A stretch of DNA of 64,000 nucleotides from contig OU015568.1 of NCBI GenBank assembly GCA_907165135.1, positions 4,526,001 through 4,590,000 on the forward strand, given 5' to 3'. The DNA is from Oikopleura dioica (taxonomy: Eukaryota; Animalia; Chordata). Below, piece after piece: positions 38,801-50,332 of the stretch (positions are counted from its first letter, which is position 1; every line of letters begins with the position of its first letter). The notes beneath the pieces were generated by a model. It was not told where the DNA came from, ran no database searches, and was given only the letters and a program-made list of their open reading frames with translations. A program made the position numbers and the translations under genes.

Positions 38801-41800
38801 TCGAAGACGCGATTAAATTCGATAAATATCTTCCCAACGCTCCTTCGATCCGCCACGATCGAGGAGACCCAGATGCCGCTTATGAAAAAGCAGAGCACAG
38901 GATTGAATCATCCGTGCGATTCGGGAGCCAGGAGCATTTTTACCTCGAGACACAGGGCAGTTATTGCATTCCGATCGACAATTCGGATGAATTTCACGTC
39001 ATTTCAAGCTGCCAAAATATCCTGGAAGGTCAATCTTCCGTTGCACGAGTTCTTAATGTGCCGATGAATCACGTGAAATTCTCAGTAAAACGGCTTGGTG
39101 GAGGTTTCGGAGGAAAAGAAATGCGGTTCAGGCTGCTTTGCGGGGGCGTCGCCGTCGCGGCGCAGAAATTCAACCGACCGGTTAGATGTGCTTTGGACAG
39201 AGAGGAAGACATGCTCTACTCTGGAGGTCGCCACTCATGCTTGTCCAAGTACAAAGTTGGATTTGAAAGCAGTGGTAAAATCACCTCCGTCTCCATCGAT
39301 GGCTACGCGAACGCTGGCTACTCGGAAGATGTCTCCATCGGCATGCTTTCCCGCTACATCGACCACTGCTTTAACTGCTATCACTTTCCGAACTACAGGG
39401 TCGTTGGTCACTGCATGATGACAAACACAAGATCGAATACTGCTTTCAGAGGAACAGGAGGGCCACCGGGAATGCTGGTCGCGGAGGATATCGTGCATAA
39501 AGTCGCGGATTACCTGAAAATGCCAGTTGATGATGTTCGAAAAATAAACATGTTGAAGAGAGGCGATCGACTCCCATACGGGCCGTGTGATAAACAGCTT
39601 TTGGACGAGGATCACATTTTGGAAGAAATCTACGAAAAAGCCAATGAGTCGTTCAAAATCGATGAGCGCCGAAAAATCATCAAAAAATTTAATGAAAAGC
39701 ATCAATTCACGAAGAAAGGAGTCGCCCTGGTTCCGATCATGTTTGGACTTGGCTTCGGACTCAAACATCTTAATTCTGGAGGAGCTTTGGTCCAAATTTA
39801 CACAGGTAAAATCAATCTTGAAATCTCTGCTCGGCATCATTTTAGATGGCAGCGTGCTTGTCGCTCATGGTGGCATCGAAATGGGACAGGGCTTGTATAC
39901 GAAAATGATTCAAATCGCTTCAAAAGAGCTGGGAGTGCCGATGGAAAAGATTCATACTCTAGAAACCTGCTCAACGACTGTTCCAAACGCAGCGCCAACT
40001 GCTGCTTCTGTGTCTTCAGATCATATCGGTTTCGCGGTGAAAAAAGCTTGTGAAGAATTAAGGGAACGCCTCTCGGTAAAGAAAAACCAAAATCGATGAT
40101 AAAGATTTCAGGTTATTGATGAAACGGATCCATTTATAACCTGGGAGGAAAAAATCAAGAAAGCGTATCTCCAGCGAATCAGCTTATCCGCCTCAGCATT
40201 TGGCCAGTCTTCAAGAATCGAGTGGGATCCAGTGACTAGAATAGGGAGGAAATATAATTACTACTGCTACGGAGTCTGTGGCTCAGAAGTCGAAGTTGAT
40301 TTGCTCACTGGAGACCATATCGTAATCCATTTGTTTTTGTCTTTTTCATATATTTCCGTAGATCCGGGAAGTTGAAATTCTCATGGACATTGGAAAATCG
40401 CTCAACCCTGCTGTCGATATCGGCCAAATCGAAGGCGCTTTTATCCAAGGAGTTGGGCTCATGACTCTTGAAGAAGAACTATTCAAGCCTGAGGGCGAGC
40501 AACTGACTAAAGGACCCGGAAGTTATAAAATCCCTGCTTTTGGGGATATTCCAGAGAAGTTCAAAGTGTCGCTTTTTGACAAAACGAGTAACAGACACGG
40601 CCTTTTTCATTCAAAAGTTAGATCTCTTCGACGCAAAATATAATCAAAACATAGGGCTGTGGAGAGCCGCCGCTGTTGATGGCTTCTAGCGTGCTTTATG
40701 CAATTCGAGATGCAGTAAGGCAAGTTAATAATGAAGAAATTATGAGCTGGAATTCACCTGCAACGGCTGAGCAAATCCGATTGAGTGTTAATGATTCTAT
40801 CGCGAAGATGGTAAAAAAATTTTGAGTTGGACAGTTGAAAATCAATGATAATTCAGGCGGGTCAAAGCACTGGCGAATCTGAGAGTGTGATCAGAAGATG
40901 AAATTCATGAAAAAGAATTTTTTGTTTCTAAAAATAAAATTTCTATTCAAACAGAAAAAATAAGAAAACTAATTATTTTTTATTTCGTGACATTTTCAGC
41001 ATCGGTTAAAAAGGCGTGTTTTTGGAGCAAGACTTCTATTTTGACCAGAACTCAACTTTAATTCAAAACTCATCCACCCTAAACTTTGACGAAACGGGAA
41101 AAGAAATCCAAATTTTTCTTGCGTCCGTGGCCGGGGTCTGCATCCTCGAGTTTTTACTGGTCATCTTTCTCTTCCCTTCGAAGCCGCAGTTCTTCGCAAA
41201 TAAGAGCTCTTTCGAAAAAGCTCAGAATTCAAAAGAAAAAGAAGGCCCCTTATCAGGCTTTCTTTCCATTCTCAAACGGCTTCTCATTCACAAATCTTAC
41301 ATGCTTCTTTTGGTAAATTACGGCTTGATCGTCGGGGTCTACTACGCCGTTTCAACCCTTCTGAGCCAGCTTCTGTCGCACGAAGCAGCTACAGTAGGAC
41401 TGATGGGCGCGCTCATGGTCATAACAGGACTCTTCGGATCCGTCCTTGGCGGAATCTTATTGGACAAGACGAAAGCATTCAAGAAAATTTCGCTCGTCTT
41501 CTATGTCTTCACCTTGATTTGCTGCTCGATTTTCACCGGAGTTCTGATGCTTGGAAACAAAGTGACTGATTTCGTTCTTATTGGAGTACTTGGCTTCTTC
41601 ATGACTGGATATTTACCGATTGGGTAAGTTTCAAAGAAGGATTTTTTTCCATTTTTAGCTTCGAATTCGCTGCGGAGTTGACGTACCCAGAGCCAGAAGC
41701 AATTTCTTCAGGTCTTTTAAATTGGGCAGGAATGACTTTTGGACTTGTAACGACGCAAATCTGCCAAATCGTCATTGTAAAATTGGTAAAAATCGACTGA

Positions 41801-41935
41801 ATTATTTCTCCTAGATAAATTAAGGGTATATTTCCGACATGCGGAATTATGATTGGAATGCTTGTAATTGGACTGTGCTTACTTTTTGCGATCAAGGAAG
41901 ATCTTCGAAGACATCAAGTTGAACAAAAAACTTGA
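35864..41935 (+). CDS. FLVCR-family (SLC49) MFS transporter, interrupted by the XDH-bearing intron
   Basis: [48 protein letters not shown], then after 41014 [28 protein letters not shown] and KEDLRR. Predicted introns: 35990-36050 (GA), ~36098-36217 (GA, MITE), 36580-41013 (GA) and two GT introns. Confidence 0.92.
36100..36217. mobile_element. MITE of the CTGTGTAGAAAACCTGAGTCAGG family making up almost all of FLVCR intron 2
   Basis: Arms ctgggcttgccaacctgtgtagaaaacctgagtcaggg and ccctgactcaggttttcttcacagcttgccgagctcag. Related copies or halves lie near 35645, 52970, 53500, 55545, 58080, 62320 and 63815. Confidence 0.85.
36581..41009. mobile_element. TIR-bounded 4.4-kb element carrying the XDH gene; no transposase
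   Basis: aaccggtgctgaaaatgtcacga (36582-36604) versus tcgtgacattttcagcatcggtt (40985-41007) is a 23-bp inverted repeat with 1 mismatch; aaagg lies on both flanks (36576-36580, 41010-41014). Confidence 0.75.
36715..40901 (+). CDS. XDH: Xanthine dehydrogenase / aldehyde oxidase family molybdo-flavoenzyme, apparently complete (7 exons)
   Basis: 2Fe-2S motifs [11 protein letters not shown] and [22 protein letters not shown] motif [10 protein letters not shown], Moco motifs [32 protein letters not shown] and GEPPL. Six short GT-AG introns, stop at 40899-40901 and an AATAAA near 40932. Confidence 0.96.
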
Positions 41936-42288
41936 GTTCTTATAAAAAGTTCAGTTTTACTTCCTAAAGTTCTTTTCTACATAATAAAATAAGCATAAAA
42001 GAAGAGAAAGTGCGAGAAACTTTTGTTAAGTGATATAATTTGAATTATACGACTCGCGAGAAGTATCACAGCTTCGCGTACGTAATCATTATTCTTAGTG
42101 TCAAATAAAAATTAACGGCGACTTTTGCATGATTACTTATTTTCTACGTCGACTAAGCTTTTATCTTCTGCTGCCATAAAAATAAAATATCGTTAAATTA
42201 ATGAGAAAAACCATTTTTATACGACAGTGTCTTCTGAGTCGGATAAGCTTAGTGTGACAAAAAACTTTCATAGAGATTTTCCGTGAAA

Positions 42289-44755
42289 ATGAAGCTTTAC
42301 CTTCTTTTTACCGGAATTCTTGCAAAGAGAGAATCTTCTAGAGCTGAATTCACCACTGACTTCCCATTCGACTTGATCACGGATTACACGACCGAGCTAC
42401 CGGGTGATTTAGTGACTTATTTCGCAGCTGATTCTAGCACTGATTCCCAAACCGATGAAGACTTAGAGCAAGAAGGCTTTACTACTGACTATCCCGCAAA
42501 CATCACCTCTTCTTTTGAAGCGCCAATATCCTCAACAACTATTCCTACTTCCACAAGCTCAACAGCAACATCAACAACAAGAACCACAGCTACATCGACA
42601 TCCGAATCTTCGACCAGAAGTACAATTTCTACAACGACCTCTTCTGAAGGTTCTTCGGGTGATTCTTCGGATGACTTTACCACTGAGTATCCATACTTTG
42701 ACACAGAAGACTTTACAACTGACTTACTCGTGGATTTCACCTCCCCTTCAGAAGAGCTTTCGTCTTCAACACTAAGTACCTTGATGTCAACTTCAACATC
42801 CACAACAAGATCGACAGCAAGCTCGACAACTGAGCCCCAAACTAAAACCACGACAAAAGAATCTTCAACGGAGTCAACGACAGAGTATCAAGGAACAGTC
42901 TCCACCGCGGATTACACTTCTACTTCCGAAAACTTTCATACGTCCACAAGCTCAACAGCAACGTCAACAACAAGAACAACAATGACATCAACAACTGAAA
43001 ACTCTTCGGGCGATTTTACTACTGACTATCCATACTTTGGCTCAGGAGATTATACAACTGATTCCCTTGAGGATTTCACCTCTACTTCAGAAGAGCCATC
43101 ATCTTCTACATTTAGTACGTTGACGGAAACTTCAACATCATCGACAGCATCTTCAACCCTTGCTTCAACACGATCACCACCCACTTGTCTTCAAAACACG
43201 GCCTTTGGTGACATTTTCGTCTGGGAAATCGCGCCTGGCATGGACAAGCCATCTCCTTATTCAAATTTCGAGCATGAAATCGCAAACTTTGCCGGAGACA
43301 CTCAAGATTGTCAGCGAGAGTGTGCAAGTTTCGCCGGCTGTTACAAGGAGCGGACTCTCGAAAAAACGTCGTAAATTTCTGATCTTAAAAATCATAAGCC
43401 GGAAGTACCATGAATGAGTCCAATAAAAGCTCCATCATGATGTTGACAACAATATTTGCGAGCTTCGTGGTGATGAAATTACTTTCTCAGAAGACGGAAA
43501 TGACTATGCGGTTTCTGGTAAATCCTGCGAATCCAGCTATGAGTGGATAGATTACGCGGTGAATCTCGAGTTTTATTGTCTTTTTTCGACTTCGCAAACT
43601 CCTGAGGATTTTCTCGCTATGCTGAATAGCTATAATCCACCTGGCTGGGTTACTTACACATCTCTTGGTTTTGCCTATTCGTACGAGTTTGCATTCGAAT
43701 TGGCTACAAACGTACCTTGGATTCAGCCAGCTGGACCAAATCAGATTTGGATCGCATTCGTTGGCGAACTTCATATACGATTCGAAAACTTTAATTTCTC
43801 CCGAAAGCGCCGATTTGCCATCCCTGAGGTTGAAGTTGACAGCGTCATTCAAGATGTCGCTGCCAACGCAACCACTGAGTTCCAATCGTCCATCGATGCT
43901 GGGAACGCTACTGTAGCTATTACAACAAATACAACCGTGGAAGTTGAAGAAGTCGCGCCAGTTATTGATCCTTTAGATCCGACATCTACACTTGCTCCAA
44001 CAACAACAAGCACTACAACCACCTCGACAACTACAACTACAACTACCACGACAACAGCAACTACCACTACTTCTACGACCACAGCAACATCAACAACCAC
44101 CACGACAATTACAACTACGACGACAAGAACGACAACTTCTACGTCATCAACTACTACAAGTTCATCAACAACGACAACAGCGAGCACAACTACCATTAGT
44201 TCAAACTCTACTGGGACGATTCCTCAACTAGGAAGTCTTTATGACTTGGGATTTTAATCAAAGCATCTGATTTATTTCAATAATAATTATCATCTTTTAT
44301 AACTTGTACAGAAAAATCCCGACAAAAGACACCCTTGAATTGGTTTTATCTGATGCCGTGGCCGATCACCCAAACAACAAACTGAAAAATTTCTATAAAA
44401 TCAAGGCTCGTTTCGGCTGGTTCAACGATTACGTCGAAACTCCCTGCGTGAATCCCGCCGGTGCTGGTCCAGGAAAAGGTCACTTACAGCCAAACATTAC
44501 TCTCTTGAGCAAAACTCAAAGACCTTTATAAAAGGAATCGCACCAGACTTTGTTGACCCGACGATTTCAATAAACGATCCTTGTCTTGCCGCCAAAACTT
44601 TCTACAATGCTCTCCTTGGCTTCTACGATGATTTCGTCTGCCTTGACAGAATCAGAAACAGAGGAATCACGAAAAACGTTGACAACAAACTCGACCAAGC
44701 AAAAGATCTTTTCAACCGAATCTTGAGAAAGACAACCTGTCCTCTTCTTGTTTAG
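42289..44755 (+). CDS. Secreted mucin-like protein: Ser/Thr/acidic repeats, PAN/apple-like module, SEA-like domain with RKRR, Thr stalk and Cys-containing C-terminal domain
   Basis: Signal peptide MKLYLLFTGILA, FTTDY repeats, CQRECASFAGCYK|LHHDVDNNICEL joined by a GA-AG intron (43348-43429), FSRKRRF, a Thr tract and terminal exons ending ...TTCPLLV. Confidence 0.8.
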
Positions 44756-44819
44756 ATAACAATAAGAGATTTTCTTTTACTATTTTGCTGTAGCATGTTT
44801 CTTTCATCTTTACACTATC

Positions 44820-45142
44820 CAGGGTTCGGTAATTTGAGCTCAAGCTAAAACTCATTTTGGCTAGACGCTCAAATTTCCTCAAATTGAGAACTCAAAGTGA
44901 CTTGAGAAATCATTTTGAGAAGATTTGAGAGTTTTGAGAGTTTTGAGTTTTTGGGAGATTTGAGAGTTTTGAGTTTTCAAAACTCAAATTAAGCGAGCAC
45001 TTCCTTGATTGGCTCATGGATCGCCAGAATTGATTTCTAACGCGAGCTCTCATCTCTGAGTTCTCAAAACTCAAATTAAAAAACGTGAGTCTCAAGCTTT
45101 GTTTCCTTGAGTTTTAGCGTGAGCTCAAATTACCGAACCCTG
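44820..45142. mobile_element. hAT-type MITE (CAGGG termini, 8-bp TSD acactatc)
   Basis: TIR cagggttcggtaatttgagctca/tgagctcaaattaccgaaccctg; TSD at 44812-44819 and 45143-45150. It is absent from the duplicated copy near 52195. Confidence 0.93.
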
Positions 45143-47329
45143 ACACTATCTATAATAAATTATAATTTATAATAAGTGTATTCGGCATTTTTCGAAGTTT
45201 GTTTTAAGATTTCAATATTTTCGACGAATTTCAGCCAGACTCGCTACCGACCCGATCGGAGTCATTTTACTTTCAACAGAGGACCAGTAGTGCAAATTCT
45301 GCGCTCCATTTGTGTAATATCGATCATTTGTGCAGCCAAATCTTCCAGTATTGAAGCGTTCTCCAAAACTTAAAATTTGCTTATCTCAACAGCTCTGCAA
45401 AAGTTACCTGAATCTGGACTTGACGGGATCTTTCGGACAATAATCCTTATTGTTAGTTCCTTGCCAATATTTGAAGCCACTCTTTGCTCTGAAAAATTCA
45501 AACTCAAGTTTAATGATTCTGATTCAAAGCTGACCTTAAACTGTAAGAAGACTGAAGGGCTCTAATCGATTTATTTCTTTGGCGCTCCTCACTTTCGAAA
45601 ATTTCAAAAACATAAGCTCAAGTTCACTTTGAAGATTTTTTTCTTTGAGAAATTTTCCTTGTTGATTTCAAATACAAGTGTGGGAGGTGAAGAGCTGATG
45701 CTGATTGAAAAGCTAAATAATGATGAAAAATCGATTTAGTTTTTGGGCTCAACATCCTGTGTAGGAGACCTGACTCAGGTTCCGAAAAGTCGCGTAGCTG
45801 CTTTTTCAAAAACGAAGCCGCTTTGCAACATCACTATTGATTAGTGGACATTTCAAGAAAAGGCGACATTTCAAGAAATCGGACATTTCAAGAAAAAAGA
45901 AGATTTCAAGAAAAAAAAATTTCTTGAAATATCCGGTTTCTTGAAATGGCTCTTTTGATTGAGATGTCTATTTTCTTCAAATGTCTCTCGTTCTTGAATT
46001 GTCTGTTTTTTTATGAAATGTCCGCTTTCTTGAAATGTCTCTTTTTCTTCAAAAGTTCCTTTTTCTTGAGATTTCCTTCTTTTAAATTTATTGGCGAACA
46101 ATTATTGATTGCAAATATATGTCCCCCGACATATCGGAGTCGAACACGAAATTCCGTCAGTCAGGAATGATAATCGCGGTATATCGATCCTTCCTCTAAG
46201 GGACCAGAAGATGTACCAAAGCTCGCTGAAAAATTCGGCGCTGATCTTCCAAATATCATGGCTCACATCAACAATGTCGCTGTTTTCGTCAATATCGTCG
46301 GCCAGATCATGGTTCTCTTTCTTGGCCTGCTGATGGAAAGCCCTCATTTACGAAGAAATCTTCTCCTCTGCGATCAAAATGATCTCAAATCTTCTCTCGC
46401 CGCTATTGCTGCTGAAAAATGCGGAGGAGTTTGGGGATACACGCCGAAAATAATACGAATTTCGGAGTCTCAAGAATTGAAAGAAATCGCGCTTCCTTCC
46501 GTCTCTCTTTTCATCGCGGGTGTGGCAGAAATGACAGGGGAGCATATCATATGCTGCGTATGCGCAGAATCAGGGCGAATTTCGCCGCGGCCCAAAATTG
46601 GCGAAAATGTCATGTTTTGGAGATTTATGAGTCAACCGAAATTGGATCACAACTTTTCCGGTTTATTTTCTTTTTTGATGTCTTCTTTCAAGAAATTCTA
46701 GAACTGGCCTCTTAGAAACCGATGAATTCGCCGAAAAAACAGGGCGCCCTGTCTCCGAATGTCTCCAAAAATAACAAAAATGTTCTAGAAACTACGAATA
46801 TCCGAATTTTGTCCGGACGATAGGAGACGTGTAAATGAAAATGTTACCTCCCCGATCAATGAGTTTTCTACCACAAATTGCGCGGAGCGCTTAATTCTAG
46901 CGGATTTTCAAAAGAAAATCATTTTCACAGTATCTAACATTATTTTTAGCTTATTTTTATTTTTACGTATTTTCGAAAAACTCTCTAGAACACGTATATT
47001 TTCCGTTTATTTTATGTTTATTCAACCGTCATTTATGTCCGTGAACCTGCTTGTGAATGGAAAAATTGACAAAAAACCACTTGCTGCAAAATATATTCAT
47101 TAAAAACAAAGTTTGTTTTTTTTCAGAAAATCAAAAAGATGACTTATCACTGATAAGTTATCAGACAAATTTCGAAAGAATTGGAATATAGGGGACCCCG
47201 TATTAGTACAAACTGTATATCCGAATATTGCTATTCTTCATAAATGAAATTCTATTATTTATTCTTTCGTTTTATTCATAAAGATCTCTTGTAATACATC
47301 AAAGTTTAAATGCAATAGTCAGAAAAAGT

Positions 47330-48960
47330 ACGAAAAAGAATAGGGTTCCGATACGAAGTACTGTTTCCAATTATTCCAGTATTCACTACTTGATCGTTAG
47401 CAATGTCAATTCTTTGAATAGGATTCCCTCTTCCATATCCGGCGACAGTAATAATTAAATTGTCGATAATCATTGCAGATCCATATGAGTCAGCCTTGAT
47501 TTATAATTTAATAAGACTGTAACTCATGAGCTTACGATTTGAAGTTCACCGATTCTTGTCCAGTTGTTGTTTTGAAGAAGCCAAATTCCTGTTTGACTTG
47601 TCCAACTCTCATTAACAATACTATTTCCACCAGCGAGCAAAAGATTACCACTTGGAAGCCCAATTAAAATGTGACTGTAGATCCCGCTTGAAATTATTTA
47701 AAAGCTGATGATAACTTATCACATTACTTCAACGGAAAATCCGATAAAGTTGACCATCCCGAGGAAGTTAAGGTTTCCACTTTTATCCGACTCTCGCCTG
47801 ATTGATTGCCAACAGTCGTTGGCTGCTGATGATAGAATCCAAGTTTGCCCATCGCATGATCAAACTTAGTTCCATAAGTTCCGACAGATGATGTACCATT
47901 AAAGATTTCACAATAGTTGTACGGCTTATACCAATGAAAGCAAACAAGAACACGGTCTCCGTTATCGATAGTCAGAGCAGCACTATGAAAGTCAACCCCG
48001 ACCTTCAAGCGTGCGGATTGTTCTTGCCACTCGCAACCTTCTAATTTTGATATCTAATGAAGTTTTTTCAAGGAAATCAAATCTTTATTACTCTTTGATA
48101 ATCCCATCCCCCACCAAATACAAATAACTCGTCTTTGAAGAGAGCATAAGGACACTGGCTTAGATATGAATCTCGCGTAGCATTTATTGATGGAAACGTC
48201 TTTGTTAATCCATCAATTGAAATTGTAAATGATTCTTTCAGACTGTCGGTCATAACAAGGATGTGCTTAAATTTTTTATTTAATATACAAATGAAAGAAA
48301 AATATATATTATTTTCATAAGTCTGCGATGATTCGTGTTTAGAATTTACCTGCATGATAGTTGATGATGTTGTTGGCACATAAGTCGACGTTTTTGTTGT
48401 TGTAGGTGAAGATGTTGTTGTCGTAATTATATTCTTAAAAAAATAAGCACATTATAGAAATTATCTCTTTACCTCTACGCAAGGGCAGCTATCCAAATCT
48501 TGTAACAGTCGATCATTACATTGTTCAAAGCAATCGCGGTCTGGAGGGCAGGCACGAATGCAGATGGCCTGATAAATAGACATTTGTTCTTTTTATTATA
48601 TAACTACCTGATTTTCTAATGACTCTTCTCTACATTCAATAAAATGATGGTTTTCTGTCGCTGCCGAATCGCATGCGTCCGAACAAACTGGACTTGCGCA
48701 GTTTAGACATCCGTTCGGACAATTTGTTCCACAAGGACAATATGAAGAGCATTCTTGATAAGGTGTTGAAAGAATAATTCATATATTTTTTTAATTTTTC
48801 ACTGCGATACCTCCGAACTTATTTACACATTCATTTTCACAAAGAGCATTTTCACAGCTCTCGCGGCACTGCAGAAAATCAATTCTGCAAAGACTGTAAC
48901 ATTCATTGAACAGATCTTCGTCACTTAAACAGAGAATGTGAATGTTTTGATTTTCCATAA
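47330..48960 (-). CDS. Cys-rich repeat plus Kelch-like propeller protein (paralogue 2; ends approximate), inside the foldback element
   Basis: CYSLCRIDFLQCRESCENALCENEC, YCPCGTNCPNGCLNCASPVC, DSCPC, a Thr linker, then FKDELFVFGG, VLVCF and KVETLTSSGWSTLSDFP; same architecture as the gene at 33740-35391. Confidence 0.68.
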
Positions 48961-48981
48961 TTGGTTCTTTCGTGGGGTGGC

Positions 48982-49161
48982 GGGCGCCCAGGTTCATAAT
49001 CGGTCGGTTCAAAATTTTGTGAACAAGGTTCATATTACGTCGAAAAAGTGACTCAAATAGACTGAAGGCGCAATTGCAGAGAAAGCTTATAACGTCAAAA
49101 ATGAGTTGAACCGGGTTCACAAAATTGTGAACAAGGTTCACAATTGTGAATCTGGGCGCCC
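48982..49161. mobile_element. Small MITE with gggcgcccag(g/a)ttca(t/c)aat TIRs
   Basis: Inverted termini and internal repeats of tgtgaacaaggttca; no clear TSD. Confidence 0.65.
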
Positions 49162-50332
49162 TACACCCCTTTCATGAAGATTTGCAATGAAAGATTTCTA
49201 TTTATATGAAATTGAAATTCTGCATTAGTAGACTCACACACAAGTTTCCGTCGAAATACTTGCTAAATTTTCTTCAAAAAGTCTTGTCTCTTTATCTAGC
49301 AATTTTTGAAGGCTTTTTGCTCGAGGTCGATCATTGAGTTGTTTTGCTATACATAAGCCATAAAAATGGAGGAATTGAAGAAATATCATTTTTTTCAATT
49401 GAAAAGAAGTCTTATTGCTTCATCAAGTCAAATTCAATTGAATAATTATTAAACAACTCGACTTTAGTCTCTCGAGCTTGTTCAAGTGATATTTGCTTCG
49501 ACCGTAAATGCATGAGCTTACAGATAAAACATAATTGCTGGAAAATATCATCATAAGAAGGAATCCCTCCGTCTATCCTGGGTAGGCTTCATCTCCCCAA
49601 GAGCTTTATTCTCCCAGAGCTTCATTTCTCTAAAAGCTTCGTTTCCCCAGCCTGGGCAGATGAAGCTCTTGGGGAGATGAAGCTCTTGGGCCAATGAAGC
49701 TCCTATTCGATTTTTTTAGTATTTCAGAAAAAATTTCAAAAATATTTCTAGAAATATCAATCCTTTTCGTATCAAACACGAATTCGTTGCTATAATAGAA
49801 TAAAATCAAGAAATATTTTTTCTCGAACGTCAAAAATTAGCTTCGCATATGACCGTTTACTATTTATATTTCTTTATTTATCTTTATTTAAAGGTGTCAA
49901 CATCGATTTTCGCATTATTTCTGCATCAGTTTAGGTATACCAAATCGTGCAATCAACCTTTAAAACAGTTTTTATTGTATCAATAAAGATTAAAAAAATT
50001 TTTCTTCAATGAAAAATTTTTGCCCAGAGTTTGGGGGCAGATATTCGTATTTTTTCTTTGTGCAATAGGATAATTTTTGAAAAAAAACGTACATTTCAAG
50101 AAAACGGAACATTTCAAGAAAAAAGAACATTTCAAGAAAAAAGAACATTTCAAGAAAGTAGACATTTCAAGGAGAGCAGACATTTCAATGATATCGGACA
50201 TTCCACGAATAAAAGAAATTTCAAGGCGATGGACATTTCAAGAAAAATATACATTTCAATCATTTCTTGAAATGTCTGCTTTCTTGAAATGTCTGCTTTC
50301 TTGAAATGTCTCTTCTTCTTGAAATGTCCTTG

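Larger units (their letters stand above)
45846..50329. mobile_element. Foldback-like element with ~290-bp TIRs built from gacatttcaagaaa subrepeats, enclosing a host-like gene
   Basis: The left arm (45846-~46128) has ~4 forward then many reverse units; the right arm (~50033-50329) is the mirror image. The exact termini are ggacatttcaagaa...ttcttgaaatgtcc. Confidence 0.75.

Noticed and set aside
36925-40053. Horizontal transfer of XDH from bacteria, suggested by the 1042-aa uninterrupted ORF
   Set aside because: The gene is a single-chain eukaryotic-type XDH with six spliceosomal introns. The ORF-track C-terminus is only read-through into intron 39806-39845.
45846-46100. CRISPR-like array of short repeats (also 50085-50329)
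   Set aside because: The units are 12-18-bp degenerate subrepeats with no unique spacers, the context is eukaryotic and there are no cas genes. They are better explained as foldback TIRs, and the ORFs over them are low-complexity artefacts.
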